A stretch of 64,000 nucleotides of DNA, from the IMG/VR virus record IMGVR_UViG_3300026097_000009, positions 90,862 to 154,861 of that record. The stretch is one strand, 5' to 3'. Positions 63,031 to 64,000 of the stretch are shown here, piece by piece; the first letter of the stretch is position 1, and every line of letters starts with the position of its first letter. Origin of the DNA: a virus. The notes below the pieces were generated by a model. It made no database searches. It was given only the letters and a program-made list of their open reading frames with translations, and was not told the DNA's origin. The translations under genes and the position numbers were made by a program.

Positions 63031-64000
63031 GCTTCGCCGTCTCCTCTCAATCCCATAGCCCCTGCAACTTTTTCAAAACGATCCTGTCTGCTGTCCAGAC
63101 CGTGCATACCAGGATTGATCTTTTTAGTGACCGCTCTAACGTCTGTAAAATCACTGACTTTAGATTGCACTCGTTTTTTCCAATATGCAACAGCAATATC
63201 AGCGGCAATGTCTGGATCAGCTGCCTTTTGTGCGGCACTCCACGAACTTGTTAAATCAATGCCTAGTTCTTTTTCCATCCACTCGTAGTTCCAGCGTCCT
63301 GTAAGTTGAATGTATCCGCGACCTTTAAAACGAACTGCATCGTTTTCGCTTTTGTTCCCCAGTATCTTTGCAATCTTGCCCGAACCATATTTTTTAGCGG
63401 CTCTTTCATGTGAAATATCTTCAATCATGTCTGAAAAGTTTTCTGACTCGTGTGCCATCTGTGACATAAATGATGCAAGTTCAATGCCTTTGATTCCTTG
63501 ATCTTGAGCATGTTTAGCCAGTATGATTTCATTTTTGTTGCTGGTAAAAGGCTTGTATTCAGTTTTTGCTTGTGTGTCTTGTTTTGTGGGAAGTTCTATT
63601 TTGCTAAGATCTTTTTTATCCTGTGCAGGTGCTTGTGCCACTTTAGCGGTGTCTGTATCTTTGGCATCCTTGTAGTCCTGTGCGGCATTGTATGCACCGG
63701 CACCACCGGCGGCAACAGCACCAACCAAACCCAGTTTAGCAAGTGTGCTGCCTACGCCTTCTTCAATACTTTCTGTGGTCTGAATGAACTGAACTACTTT
63801 TTTGAGGAATCGTTTCAGTGTAGGATCGCCAGGCTTGAAACTATCAAGATAGCGTTTTAGATCGCTTCCTTTTTTGCCAGCCAGTTTATTTTTTAATTCT
63901 TCCGCATTGCGAGCATTTCGCAAAATCTCTAAGGCACGCTGTTTGTCATTCCGAGCATCACGCATTAACTGCTCAGCCGAATTCATAGCAAATGCTTCTA
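63027..64000 (-). CDS. Polyprotein with C-terminal GH19 (chitinase/lysozyme-like) domain, likely 5'-truncated by the window
   Basis: FMSQMAHES..FKGRGYIQLTGRWNY..TKKING-like INPG. The frame stays open upstream of 63986 (..EAFA-MNS) to the window edge. Confidence 0.8.
   Translation of the reverse strand, partial: EAFAMNSAEQLMRDARNDKQRALEILRNARNAEELKNKLAGKKGSDLKRYLDSFKPGDPTLKRFLKKVVQFIQTTESIEEGVGSTLAKLGLVGAVAAGGAGAYNAAQDYKDAKDTDTAKVAQAPAQDKKDLSKIELPTKQDTQAKTEYKPFTSNKNEIILAKHAQDQGIKGIELASFMSQMAHESENFSDMIEDISHERAAKKYGSGKIAKILGNKSENDAVRFKGRGYIQLTGRWNYEWMEKELGIDLTSSWSAAQKAADPDIAADIAVAYWKKRVQSKVSDFTDVRAVTKKINPGMHGLDSRQDRFEKVAGAMGLRGDGEA

Noticed and set aside
1422-63860. Numerous 60-170 aa ORFs antisense to or nested within long genes (e.g. 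6253-6630, 28267-28770, 53413-53838, 59628-59984)
   Set aside because: They are shadow frames of well-supported genes, with no SD, motifs or operon coupling.
1-64000. CRISPR arrays, tRNA/rRNA genes, integrase or IS elements
   Set aside because: Intergenic gaps are all under about 80 nt, and none shows repeat-spacer or cloverleaf structure; no recombinase or transposase motifs were recognised.

Overview
A 64-kb segment of a large, AT-rich, T4-like (contractile-tailed) bacteriophage genome. Annotations come from motif recognition only; no database searches were run. The left edge carries gp47-like nuclease and gp55-like late sigma genes on the minus strand. From 1.46 to 39.8 kb (+) is a late structural block: baseplate hub, spike and wedge genes, a 4650-aa virion protein, four paralogous tail fibres, then a cassette of DxD glycosyltransferase-like genes and a radical SAM gene. 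A perfect inverted repeat at 39.8 kb separates it from a minus-strand block containing RNase H, a 7-deazaguanine DNA-modification locus, the sliding clamp, family B DNA polymerase and a DsbA-like gene. That locus has QueE, FolE, a QueD-fold LxxxHRHxF protein and a TGT/DpdA-like transglycosylase, interleaved with a GT-B glycosyltransferase, PRTase, HIT hydrolase, MBD4-like glycosylase, cupin, 2OG oxygenase and a PD-(D/E)xK nuclease candidate. The right end encodes probable capsid-internal polyproteins with T4-like capsid-targeting N-termini. The best candidate for an undescribed system is the deazaguanine locus: no QueC or canonical QueD is in the window, a glycosyltransferase is embedded, and the DpdA-like protein has a motif resembling the polymerase's clamp-binding tail. 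Also notable are a tandem covarying RNA structure in the polymerase leader, the modular injected polyproteins and a possible virion glycosylation cassette. No tRNA, rRNA, CRISPR array, integrase or transposase was seen.
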